This document shows, piece by piece, positions 34,299 through 45,690 of a DNA stretch of 64,000 bases. This DNA comes from Octopus vulgaris. Taxonomy: Eukaryota. Under the pieces are notes generated by a model, which was given only the letters and a program-made list of their open reading frames with translations, did not search any database and was not told the origin of the DNA. The position numbers were made by a program, and so were the translations under genes. The stretch spans positions 104,222,001 through 104,286,000 of the forward strand of contig OX597814.1 in the NCBI GenBank assembly GCA_951406725.2, read 5' to 3'. The first letter of the stretch is position 1; the number at the start of each line of letters is the position of its first letter.

Positions 34299-36150
34299 TC
34301 CCAATTTCTATAGCTATATGTTATATATTTTAATAATTACTGATATTTTTATATTATATATGTAAAGCATATGTTATACATGTATGTATATTGTTATAAT
34401 TGTCCTTTTAGTAAATAAATAAATCGACATAATATAATGTCTAAAAGTTGATTAATATCACTTTTTGAGCCTCTCCATTGTCTTATTGCTCTCTCTCTCT
34501 CTCTCTCTATATATATATGTGTGAGTGTGTAAAATTATGTGTTTGTTCCCCACCACTGCTTGACAACTGGTGTTGGTATGTGGCAAAAAGATACTGATGG
34601 AATAAATAGCAGGCTTAAGAAAGTACTAAGTCTGGGGTTGATTCAGCATCATTGTTTAATGTCCGATTTCCATGCTGGCATGAGTTGGATGGTTTGACTG
34701 AGGTCTGGAGAGCCAGTGGCTGCACCAGGCCCCAATCTGATCTGGCAGTTTCTACAGCTGGATGCCCTTCCTAATGCTAACCACTCCGAGAGTAGTGGGT
34801 GCTTTATACATGCCACCAGCACAGGAGCCAGTCAGAGTGTACTGGCATCGGTCATGATCAGTTGGTGCTTTTTATGTGCCACTGGCACGGGAGCCAGACT
34901 TGGGGTACTGGCATTGGCCACGTTCATTCAACTAAAATTCTTCAGGTCAGTACCACAGTATGGCTACAGTCTAATGACTGAAATAAGTAAAAGATATATA
35001 TATATAGATTTCCATGCATTAATCCATGTTTGATACCAAATAAGTTTCTGTTAGACATTGCTTGTGAAATAAACAGGAGTTGAACCTCCATCTGTTCTTT
35101 TTTCTGACCTTTGCCCCTCCTCTCCACAACACAGTACAATATTCAATTCATTTTCAGTGGTTAATATTTCCATTCCGTGGTGTTTGTTAACAGATTGACA
35201 TCCTTCTATTTGTAGGGATGTGAGGTATCGTTGGTAGATTCAACCCCAGTATAAAACTGGTATGTCTTTTATCACTCCCTAATGGATGAAAGACAAAAAC
35301 TCAGCGGAACATCATTTTCTGGGACAAACTACCATGAAGCATCTAGTCTGGTGCTTTAACTTCTTGTGGCCTCATTTGTTATCAGTTTGCAACAGGCCAC
35401 TCACAGCATTTAAGATGTCGAGGATGATAGGCCAGTGTCTGTGTACCTCAAGTGGAACTATATTTTAAAATAATTTTAGGAAGGGCATCTGCCAGATCAG
35501 ATTGGAGCCTGGTGCAGCCATCTGGTTTGCCAGACCTCAGTCAAATCATCCAACCCATGCTAGCATGGAAAGCAGACGTTAAACAATGATGATGATTACT
35601 TCATAAACAATTATTTCTAGCATTCCTTCACTAATCATTATGTCTTTTGTCATCAACATTTAATAATCCATGTTCTCTGCTGGTATGGGTTGGACAATTT
35701 GACAGGATCTGATGGGTTGAAGGACTGCAATTTCTTCCAATGTCTGCTCTGGCCCCAGTTTCTACAGCTGGTTGCCCTTCTTGAATGTAAACATTGATAT
35801 ATAACAACAGAGATTTAAGAAAAAGCTGGAAGTGGTTTTCCTTCTTTCACTGCTAATTAAGGGGATATTTGAGTCTAAAAATAGCACAGATTCTGGGAAA
35901 GGGTACAGTCACCTAAAAAATCCCTCTATTTTAGCCCAGCAAAATTTGAACTGAAAACGCAGTTCCAACAGAGAAGTGGTTTTGAAATGGAACCATTTCT
36001 AATTGCTTCTCTACCAAATGTGTCTGAGACACAGTCTTCATGGCTAAATTCTCTTCAGAACTTTCAAATCAATTCCTGTTGAAGCCATTTTCAACCATTT
36101 TGACCGGTACTGGAACACAGTATTTCCATTAGGATAACAGCAGCAACAGT

Positions 36151-36530
36151 GGAGGCGCAATGGCCCAGTGGTTAGGGTAGCGAACTTGCGGTCGGAGGAT
36201 CGCGGTTTTTGATTCCCAGACCGGGCGTTGTGTGTGTTTATTGAACGAAAACACCTAAAGCTCCACAAGGCTCTGGCAAGGGGTGGTGGCGACCCCTGTT
36301 GTACTCTTTCGCTCTAACTTTCTCTCACTCTTTCTTCCTGTTCCTTGTCCCCAACTTCCTATGCAACCGCTGAGCCTGGATGCGCATTCATCCATCCGTC
36401 AATGCTCTCAGTGTCGGGGTTTGACCTGCTTTCTCTTCCGCGGGTCTTACGAATAGCAAAGGACCACGTTTCAGACTTCTCCCACTACAGTGGGACGAAG
36501 ACCGCTTCGTTCAACAAACAAACAAACAAA
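36151..36530 (+). mobile_element. tRNA-derived SINE of a third family with (CAAA)n tail
   Basis: TGGCCCAGTGGTTAGGG A box, degenerate B box GGTTTTTGATTCCC, simple-repeat tail. Confidence 0.65.
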
Positions 36531-36664
36531 GCAGCAACAACAAAAAGCAAAAACAATACTGTCACACACACACACACCAGATCTTAAATATGAAACAAAA
36601 ATGACTATAAAAGATTTCATGGTTTATTTTCCCTTTATACAGAAACACTACCAAAGCCTTTTCT

Positions 36665-36789
36665 TCAGAAATGTTTGTCAAACTCATAGTCTGATCCAGA
36701 GTCCATACTTTCAGCAGCGCCATTGTCTTCCTCTGTCTCAAAAGTCAATAAACTATCCATTGTGTTAGACAAGTTAGAAGCCAACTTCT
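36665..36789 (-). CDS. GNL3: GNL3 last exon ([40 protein letters not shown])
   Basis: tttcag acceptor; TGA at 36667-36665; DYxF C-terminal motif; AATAAA (minus) at 36623-36628. Confidence 0.9.
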
Positions 36790-39700
36790 CTGAAAACAAA
36801 AATGACAGAACAGATTTTACATAACATCAATGTGTGAGGATGAAAGGATAAACACAAATTTAGCATTTAAACTGACCATATCTGGGCTAAATAGGGTCAG
36901 TTCAGACTGGCCACATCTGGCCTCTCATACCTATCCTGCAATGTCGTAAAAATAAACAATCACATCATCATCGTTTAACGTCCGTTTTCCAGGCTAGCAT
37001 GGGTTGGATGGTTCGACTGGGGTCTGGGAAGCCAGGAGGCTGCACCAGGCTCCAGTCTGATCTAGTAGTGTTTCTACAGCTGGATGCCCTTCCTAATGCC
37101 AACCACTCCTTGAGTGTAGTGGGTGCTTTCTACGTGCCAGATGTGGCTGGCAACGGCCACAATCGGTTGGTGGTTTTAACGTGCCACCGACACGGAAGCC
37201 AGTCAAGGTGGTGCTGGCATCAGCCACATACGGATGGTGCTTTTTATGTGCCAGGGTAGGCTGGCAACGGCCACATTATTGAAATGTCGAATGCACGAGA
37301 TAATGCAGGATTAATCTGAATGCTAAAAGGTTAGAATAGACAACATTATTGATGTGTGGGAATATAATTATCATTAAGTTAGCCACGACACAGTATTATT
37401 ACTAAACAAGCCACCATCTGACCATAAACATGAGAAATGAATTCTGAATAAGTAGCACTGTATGGGGGAGAGAAACGAATCAGGTTTTCTTAAGGTGAGG
37501 AGCTGCATCCTAAGCACATGGTTTTCAGTTACCAACATTCAAGGGGTCATACTTGTAACTAAAACCTCAACCAAAAATATTGTCGGGGCAGGGTTTAAGT
37601 TGATTACAATGACCCCCCACCCCAGTGCTCAGCAGGTAAACATTTAATTGACTACGAAAGGTTGAAAGGCGAAGTTGGTCTCAGTGGAGTATAAAATGTG
37701 GAATATTAAGAATTAAAAGTGTCTAAGGCAGCAGTCCTCAACTGATGCCCTCATCCATTCTTTTATGGTCTTCCGTCAAGAAACATAAATAAACTTTTCT
37801 CTGACCTTTTTTATAATGTTGGCACCCCCTAAAATAAAAAAAGTTTTGGATGTTGCCTAGATGTTAAAAAAGGGTGAGAAACCCTTTTCTAAGGAATAAC
37901 TAGATGACCCTCCAAGATTTAGAGAAAGAAAGGAATCCTAAATCCCTTTCTTTCAAAAAATAACATCATGGATGCTTCAAGTTGTTTGTCAAAGAAAGAA
38001 TGGTCTGTTAATTTATACTTCTTGCACTCAGATGGGTTTGTTTTGGTAAACTGCCCACAACCAGTAAAGTAACATGATGTCAGCCTGGGGCCTGCGGTTT
38101 TAGATAAATAAAACACAAGTTCATAATTTCTTGATCTTGGCACAAAGCCTTTTGAGGGGAGGGGAAGTGTATTTCAGTGCTTGACTGGTTCTTATTTTTA
38201 TTGGACCTGAAAGGGTGAAAAATAAAGGTGATTTCTGGAATTTGAACTTAGAATGTAAAGAGCTGGAATTAATGTCACCAAATAATATTTCCAGTAATGA
38301 TTACTGCCAGCTCGTCACATTTAATGAAGCCATAATTAATTACTTACCCGACTTCTTTCTCAGTTTCTTCATTTTCTTGAAGTCTTCTTTGCGACTTTTA
38401 TTCTTCTGTTCAATATTGGGTTCATCTTTATTCTTCCTGCTCTGACTGGATAATGTCGATGATGCTAAACTAGTTGTTGACGTGGCTTGTGATCCACTTA
38501 GGCATATTGTGGTGTTTTGCAACTGAAACAAGACAGAAAAATTATTTATGCCCAGACGCAAACTTATAAAGAGGTACCAGGCTATGGTGCAGGGGTGGCT
38601 AGGTGGTAACAAGCTTGCTTCCAAATCACATGGTCTAAGGCTCAGTCCCACTGTGTGTCACCTTGGGCAAGTGTCTTATTGTAATCCTGGGCTGACCAAA
38701 GCCTTGCAAGTGGATTTGGAAGATGGAAACTATAAGAAGCCCCATCAATACAGACACATTTACTTTTCCTTTCTGTAGAAGAGTGTAAGCTTGAAACGCC
38801 AAAAGGTTCTCCCATTTTCCCTGAGCATCAAACTAATCCACCTTGTGTGTTGTTCTTTCACTTGTCTTCAGTCTTTTGTATAATTTCAGAACTTGTGTGT
38901 GTATGTGTTTGCATATAGCCTTGTCTTGACAACAAGAGATGGTTGTAAGCAAGGATCACACTCACACAAGCAATGCTATTCGTTTTCAGTCTCCCATGAA
39001 AAAAACCTATGTCTGGTGGTAGGGAAATATTACCTTATTTGGAAAGAGGTGAGGGTTGGCAACAATAAGGGCATTCCGCCACACAAGATTTGCCCCGACA
39101 GATTTAGATCATCTTATGGAAACATGGGAGAGTGAACATTAAAACAATGACGAAGATGGTTCCTGTGTCATACAATGACTGATCCCTTCCAATCTGCTAT
39201 CCAAGTAATCCAGGTGAGAGTTGTTCATGCTAACCCCTCACCTGTTGCTCATGTTAACAGGAGTCACAGGTAAGTTTAGCAGTTGAACCTCACCTCTTCA
39301 TTTCCTATCCAGAATCACAGAATTTTTTGTCTAATATGATTTTGAATTCCTGACTTCTTAATTACCACAAAAAGCAACCTTTTTGTATAAGATATCATAC
39401 CTGGCACTAATTCATTTAAAGAAATTCCAATTATTTTCATGTCTTTACTTTTATTTTTGTCTTGCAAGTACTTGGTGACCCTGTCAGTGCAGGTGCCACT
39501 TAAAGAGCACCCAGTCCACACTGTAACATGGTTGGTGTTTGGAAGGGCATCTAGCTGTAAAAATCTTGCCAAAACAGCCACAGAAGTCTGGTACATGCTT
39601 CTGCCTGGCCGGCTCTTGTGAAACCATCCCACCCATACAAGCATGGAATACGGATGTTAAACGATGATGACGACGACTTGTTTGCATTGACAAAATATTT

Positions 39701-42700
39701 TGCTAAATATGCTCTCAGAATATTTTCCCCATAGATATACCGCTTCTACAATATATATCTTAGTTTTAGAAGCACAATAATTAATAATTTTAAATTTGTA
39801 GATTTTAAGAACATTTCATTTTATTCAGATTGTAAAATACCTCAGCTTCTTCTGGGGCTTCATTTTCATTCAAGTCTTCATTTTCATCCATGCTTTCTAC
39901 TTCTTCATTAGATTCTTCTATTCCAAGAAGTTGTTGTCTTGCAAGTGACACAATTTCTTTCTCGTCCATGACACACGTAACTGGCTGCGATCCTGGGATG
40001 GGCATGAAGTTACTGCTCATAGGTTTAGAATCTGAAACAATGGAAATGGAAGAAACAAAATGAAAGTTAGGTTTGCATTCTGCAACACGTAGATTGTATG
40101 ATGCATGTGTGCGAACTGCCATGCTACATGGCAGTGAAACATGGGCTGTGACTGCTGAAGGCATGCGTAGGCTTGAAAGAAATGAAGCTAGTATGCTCCA
40201 GTGGATGTGTAATGTCCGTGTGCACACACGACAATGTAAGCGCCTTAAATGTTGGACATAAGAAGCATCAAATGTGATGTGCAAGAGAGATGACGGAGCT
40301 GGTATGGATGAGGAGAGCTGTGTGAAAATATGTCACTCCCTAACAGTGGAAAGAACCCGCAGAAGAGGGGGACCCAGGAAGACATGGGATGAGGTGGTGA
40401 AGTATGACCTTTGAACATTGGGCCTTTCAGAGGCAATGACGAAAGACTGAGACCTCTGGAGATATACTGTGATTGAGAAGACCCCGCAAGTAAAGTGAGA
40501 TCACAGCTGTAGCCTACACCAGTGTCGCATAATCAATCCATTTAAAAAGTACCTTTGAATTGTCTCACCAGATGCTGTGCTTGAGGATGACCTATTGAGT
40601 CAAGTAAAATCAAAATCAAATCAAATGGAAATTGTAGTTGTGTCCGATGCCAGTGCCACCTGACTGGCTCCTGTGCTGGTGGCACGCAATAAGCACCATT
40701 CATGCATGGGTCGCTGCCAGAGCTGCTTACTGGTTCCCCATGCCGGAGTCATGTAAAAAGCACCATCCAAACGTGGTTGATGCCAGCCCCACCCCCTGGC
40801 ATGTAAAAAGCACCCACTATGCTCTCGGAGTGGTTGGCATTAGGAAGGGCATCCAGCTGTAGAAACATTGCCTGATCAGATTGGAGCCTGGAGCAGCCTA
40901 CTGGCTTGCCAGTCCCCAGTCATGGAAAGCAGATGTTAAACAATGATGATGATGTGCAGAGCTGCTTCACAACTCCGTCCTCATGAACCATTTTGCATTC
41001 AAATTATTTCCTCAAACCAAAAATTTATTTATTCATGTTGCTTTGAATTAATCCTGCATTATCTCGTAGCTTTGAGATTTCAATGACGTGATTCGTTAGT
41101 TTTAAGATGACATTATAGGATATGCATGAGAGGCTGGATCTGACCAGTCTGAACATAAAACCTTGTTGAGTATTTGGGTCAGATATGACTGGTTTAAATC
41201 AAAATGGTTAATAAATTTAATTCAGTGAAAAACTCCTCTTTTCTCAGAAATTTGATTTGCATCTCATTAAAATCATTATATAAAAAAAATAAAATACAAG
41301 AGATCAAAGCACACCAATTCATCCCAGATTATATTTCACTCCAGGTCAGCAGAGTCTAATTTTCTTTTAATCCTTTCGTTACCAACCCGGCTGAAACTGG
41401 CTCTGTAGTACAAACGTCTTGTTTTCTTAAGTTTTGAATTAAAATCTTCCACCAAACTTTAGTCACAATTTATGTTCCTAACACTAGCTGAATGGTAACT
41501 AAGTTATTTTACTAAATTCTTTGTTATATTTTAAGTAATTGAAAGAAACCTGACAAAGCATCTCAAAATAAATACAGTAAGGAAAGGGTTAAATAAAAAC
41601 CAAATCTAGATTTGGTTGACTTGTATTGGTTGAGTTTTAGGGTCCTATTTTCCATTTTCAGCTTGATGAGTCTAGATCAGTGGTCCTCAACCACATTTTG
41701 CCAATTGACTCCTTTTGATTCCTATGGACCTCCATACTCATTTCATGTTGAAAAAAAAATCATATTCTTATAATATTATTAGAATTTGTATTAAAAAATT
41801 GTTAAAATGTTTTATGCATTCTTTTATTCTTTTACTTGTTTCAGTCATTTGACTGTGGCCATGCTGGAGCACTGCTTTTAGTTGAGCAAATCAACCCCAG
41901 GACTTATTCTTTGTAAGCCTAGTACTTATTCTATCGGTCTCTTTTGCTGAACAGCCAAGTTATGGAGATATAAACACATCAGTGATGGTGGGGCAACAAA
42001 CACAGACACGCAAAAACATACATATATATATACGATGGGCTTCTTTCAGTTTCCATCTACCAAATCCACTCAAAAGACTTTGGTCGGCCCAAGGTGCCAC
42101 GCAGTAGGACTGAATGCAGAACCATGTGGTTGGTTAGCAAGCTACTTACCACAGAGCCACAATCAATTTAGTGCAGATATATTTCAACAACAAAAATTTT
42201 AAATGGACCCTGGTTAAAAACCATTGATGTAGAAGAGGGACAGCTCTTGACCCTTGGCTGACGCTCAAATATTGGTGAGGGGTTGATATTATTTCTGTTC
42301 TGTCTGCAGAAGACATGAGCAAGGAGGAGATTCCAGAGGGATGATGTTATGAAGAGGAAGGATTGGCCATTATAGTATCAAAGGAAAAAACAGTGAGTGG
42401 ACACAGCACACGAGTGGGGTTGATTATTTACCAAAATCCTTTTGTTGACATCACAACAGTCTTTAGAATTCTATTTACCAATTCTTTCAACAACCATGCT
42501 AAAAGAACATTGTTTGAAGATAGACCCTTCTTTGTATAAATCTTATTTTGGTGGGTGCCAGGGTAAAGGCACTGGAAATGTAGAGTGATCTGTGATTCAG
42601 TGCTTAACATGTTGGTTTCGAATCTTTGCACAAAGCCAGTAATTGGAGGGGGGGGGGAATAAGTTGTGTACACAAACCCCAGTGTTCTACTGGTGCTTAT

Positions 42701-45601
42701 TTTATCAACCCCGAAAGGATAAAAGACTAAGTTGACTTTGGTGGGATTTGAACTCAGAATGCAAAGTCAGAAGAAATGCCACTGAGCATTTCTCCTGGTG
42801 CAGTACCGATTCTGCTAGTTTGCCTCCTTAAAACAAACTCCATATTGAAGTCTAATTAGTTTGCACATCTTGTTTAGTGATCAGCTGCAAGTAACGACGA
42901 TCTGGTAACTTGTACTGAAGTACTGCCTTTTGTGTTTGCAGTTGTGAGCAGAGAGAGAGGACTCTTCTCGGCCTTTCCACCAATGATCCAGAGGGACTTG
43001 GAGCTTGTTGGAGAGAGGGCTGCACCAACACAAAGCTGCAGGAACAATGAAACGACCTTGTTCAGGCAATAACATACCACCTGGCCCAGGAATTGAACTC
43101 ACAAACAAAATCAGGAGCCCAACTCTCAGAACCAGTAGACCACTGGCCTTCAGAGTTGGTACGTAGCCACACCTGCACCTTTTTATCTTTTGTTTTTAAC
43201 TTTTTTTTCGGCCATTTGGACTGTGGCCATGCTGGAGCATCACTTTGAAGAATTTTAGTTGAATGAATTGACTCCAGTACTTTTTCTGAGCCCGATACAT
43301 ATTCCATCAATCTCTTTTACTGAACTGCTAAGTTACAGGAATGTAAACACACCAACACCAGTTGTGAAGCAGTGGTTAGGGATAAACACTGACATAAAGA
43401 CACACACATATATATGTGACAGGCTTCTTTCAGTTTCCATCTACCAAATCCACTCACAAGGCTTTGGCCAACCTGAGGTTATTGTAGAAGACACTTGCCC
43501 AAGGTGCCACGCAGTGGGACTGAACCCAGAACCATGCGATTGGGAAGTTAGCTACTTACCACACACACACATATATATAGCTTGGTAACTGTTGTTATGT
43601 AGACACACACACTTAGAGAGAAATATAATGCAAGGATATGAGCTTTTGAAGCAAGCTCTGTATGACTGTAGACCCTTCAATCAATCTTCAGGTCAATCAT
43701 CAATCATACAAACTCTTTATGGCTGTAGACCCACCCTTCAATCAATCTTCAGGTCAGTCATCAATCATACAAACTCTTTATGGCTGTAGACCCTTCAATC
43801 AATCTTCAGGTCAGTCATCAATCATACATACTGACATCAGTTTGTGTTCCTAAAACACCAGCATTACGAACACTCAAGATGGATGTAGCAGCATTGGTTG
43901 TGGTAGTAGTTTGTAGGAAAACCATCACTTACGATTTAATATTTGAATTTCTTCATCTTTAATGGCATCCAGGTCAAAGGACTTCCCCATTTCGCTAACA
44001 ATTTCTGCACTGACATGTGTAGTAACGTTTTCAGGTGGCTCGGTATAATAGCTGATGCGACCACTGAAATAAACAAACAGCAAAATGAAATCAAATCACA
44101 GTCAAATAGAAATTGTAGTTGTGGTCCCTATGCCGTTGGCATGTAAGAAGCACCATCTGATCGTGGTCGATGCTAGCTCCCTCTGGCCTGTGGCACGTAA
44201 AAAGTACCCATTACACTCTCGGAGTGGTTAGCATTAGGAAGGGCATCCAGCTGTAGAAACATTGCCAGATCAGACTGGTGCCACCTCCTGGCTTTCCAGG
44301 CCTCAGTCGAACCATCCCAACCATGCCAGCATTGAAAAAGGACATTAAACAATGATAAAGTATATTACTTCTTCAGTATTAAATCATTTGAGGGGAATTT
44401 ATCACCAGTTAATTAACAGAACACTTATTTTTAGGGTTCTTATGAATTCATTATAGATTTGTGTTGTTTTAGTTGTATTAATTAAGCTGCTGACGTCTGT
44501 CATCATCATTTAACATCCACTTTTCCAATGCTTGTATGGATCAGGTGTAACTCTTGCATCAGGGTTTCTAGAACTGGATGCTCTTCCTGTCACCAATGCC
44601 CATCTATTTCCATGTAAGGTAATATTTCCCCCAGTCCTTCGAACACAAACAGTTCAATGGCCGGACATGTTTTCATGGAAGGTAGCAAACAAGTCTCCCT
44701 ATTTTGTAAGACCAACGACTTTGCTTACAATCAATGTATGAGGTCAAGATTAAGGGACACACACACACACACAGGTTAGGTGTGAAGATTTAGAAAGACA
44801 TCAGTAATTACCAACTTGTCAATTAAGCATCATTATGTTGTAATTTGATGGAAAGTGTTCAACATATAAATATAAGAATTGGTCAACAGCCACATCTTTC
44901 AACACCGTCAGCTGTTTACTATAACAGGGAGATGGAACCAGAGCAATCTTTATTGAACATGACTTGAGGTATTTTTAGTGGATATGGTCAGAAATTGAAG
45001 AAATGGTAATAAGGACCAAGTGGATTTGAAGAATTAGGATAGACTAAAGAATAAAGGCTGGAATGTAGTGAATGTGGTTACCTGTTCCAATGTTGTAGAA
45101 TAACTCTAGCAGATTTGTTGATATCTGGAGAACCACCTTTTTTGAAATAGCCCCATTTTCGAGCAAGAATAGCAAGGAATTCCATAGTATCATTATATTT
45201 TGGAATCTTGTAGTGCATCATCATCTATGAAAAATGGAATCACTCTATTAGTGTTTTCAATGGTATTGGAAGCAGCATAAAAGTGGTAACACCAATAAAA
45301 TCAAAGATTTACTTTCTGTTCTTAAGAAAGATAAAAGTAAAAGATATTTGTAACAGTCATGTGGTTCCCACCTCATGGTTTTCAGCAAAGAAATTTCTAA
45401 GGAATTTAATGATCAAAGACTCTTAAGGAGAGGTTAGGGTCAGATATTCTTCAGGTAGACAGTTTTCTTAATGTGTTAATGGATTGAAGACATTTACACT
45501 GCAATCAACAAAATCTTACAAATTTAACAACAATCAACAACCCAAAATTTCATAGGAAAACTGTAATTCAGAAAAAACAATTTTATAAATATAACGAAAC
45601 T

Positions 45602-45690
<89 letters not shown>

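Larger units (their letters stand above)
32473..34492. mobile_element. Non-autonomous Penelope-like / ribozyme-bearing element with ~590 bp inverted arms (32635-33223 and 33904-34492), interrupted by a SINE
   Basis: Arms align as reverse complements, each carries a hammerhead, and the unit is flanked by (TA)n/(CT)n; leader GGGATAAT..TATCCAATATACTG shared with ~8025-8200 and ~14640-14730. Confidence 0.65.

Noticed and set aside
39220-39245. Small hairpin CAGGTGAG/CTCACCTG in a GNL3 intron
   Set aside because: Short stem with no box motifs; compatible with chance.
43140-43175. Minus-strand ACCAACTCTGA resembling the SNORD19 guide plus box D as recalled
   Set aside because: No box C upstream; the site abuts a SINE fragment. 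No SNORD19/SNORD69 homologue could be recognised by eye in the GNL3 introns.
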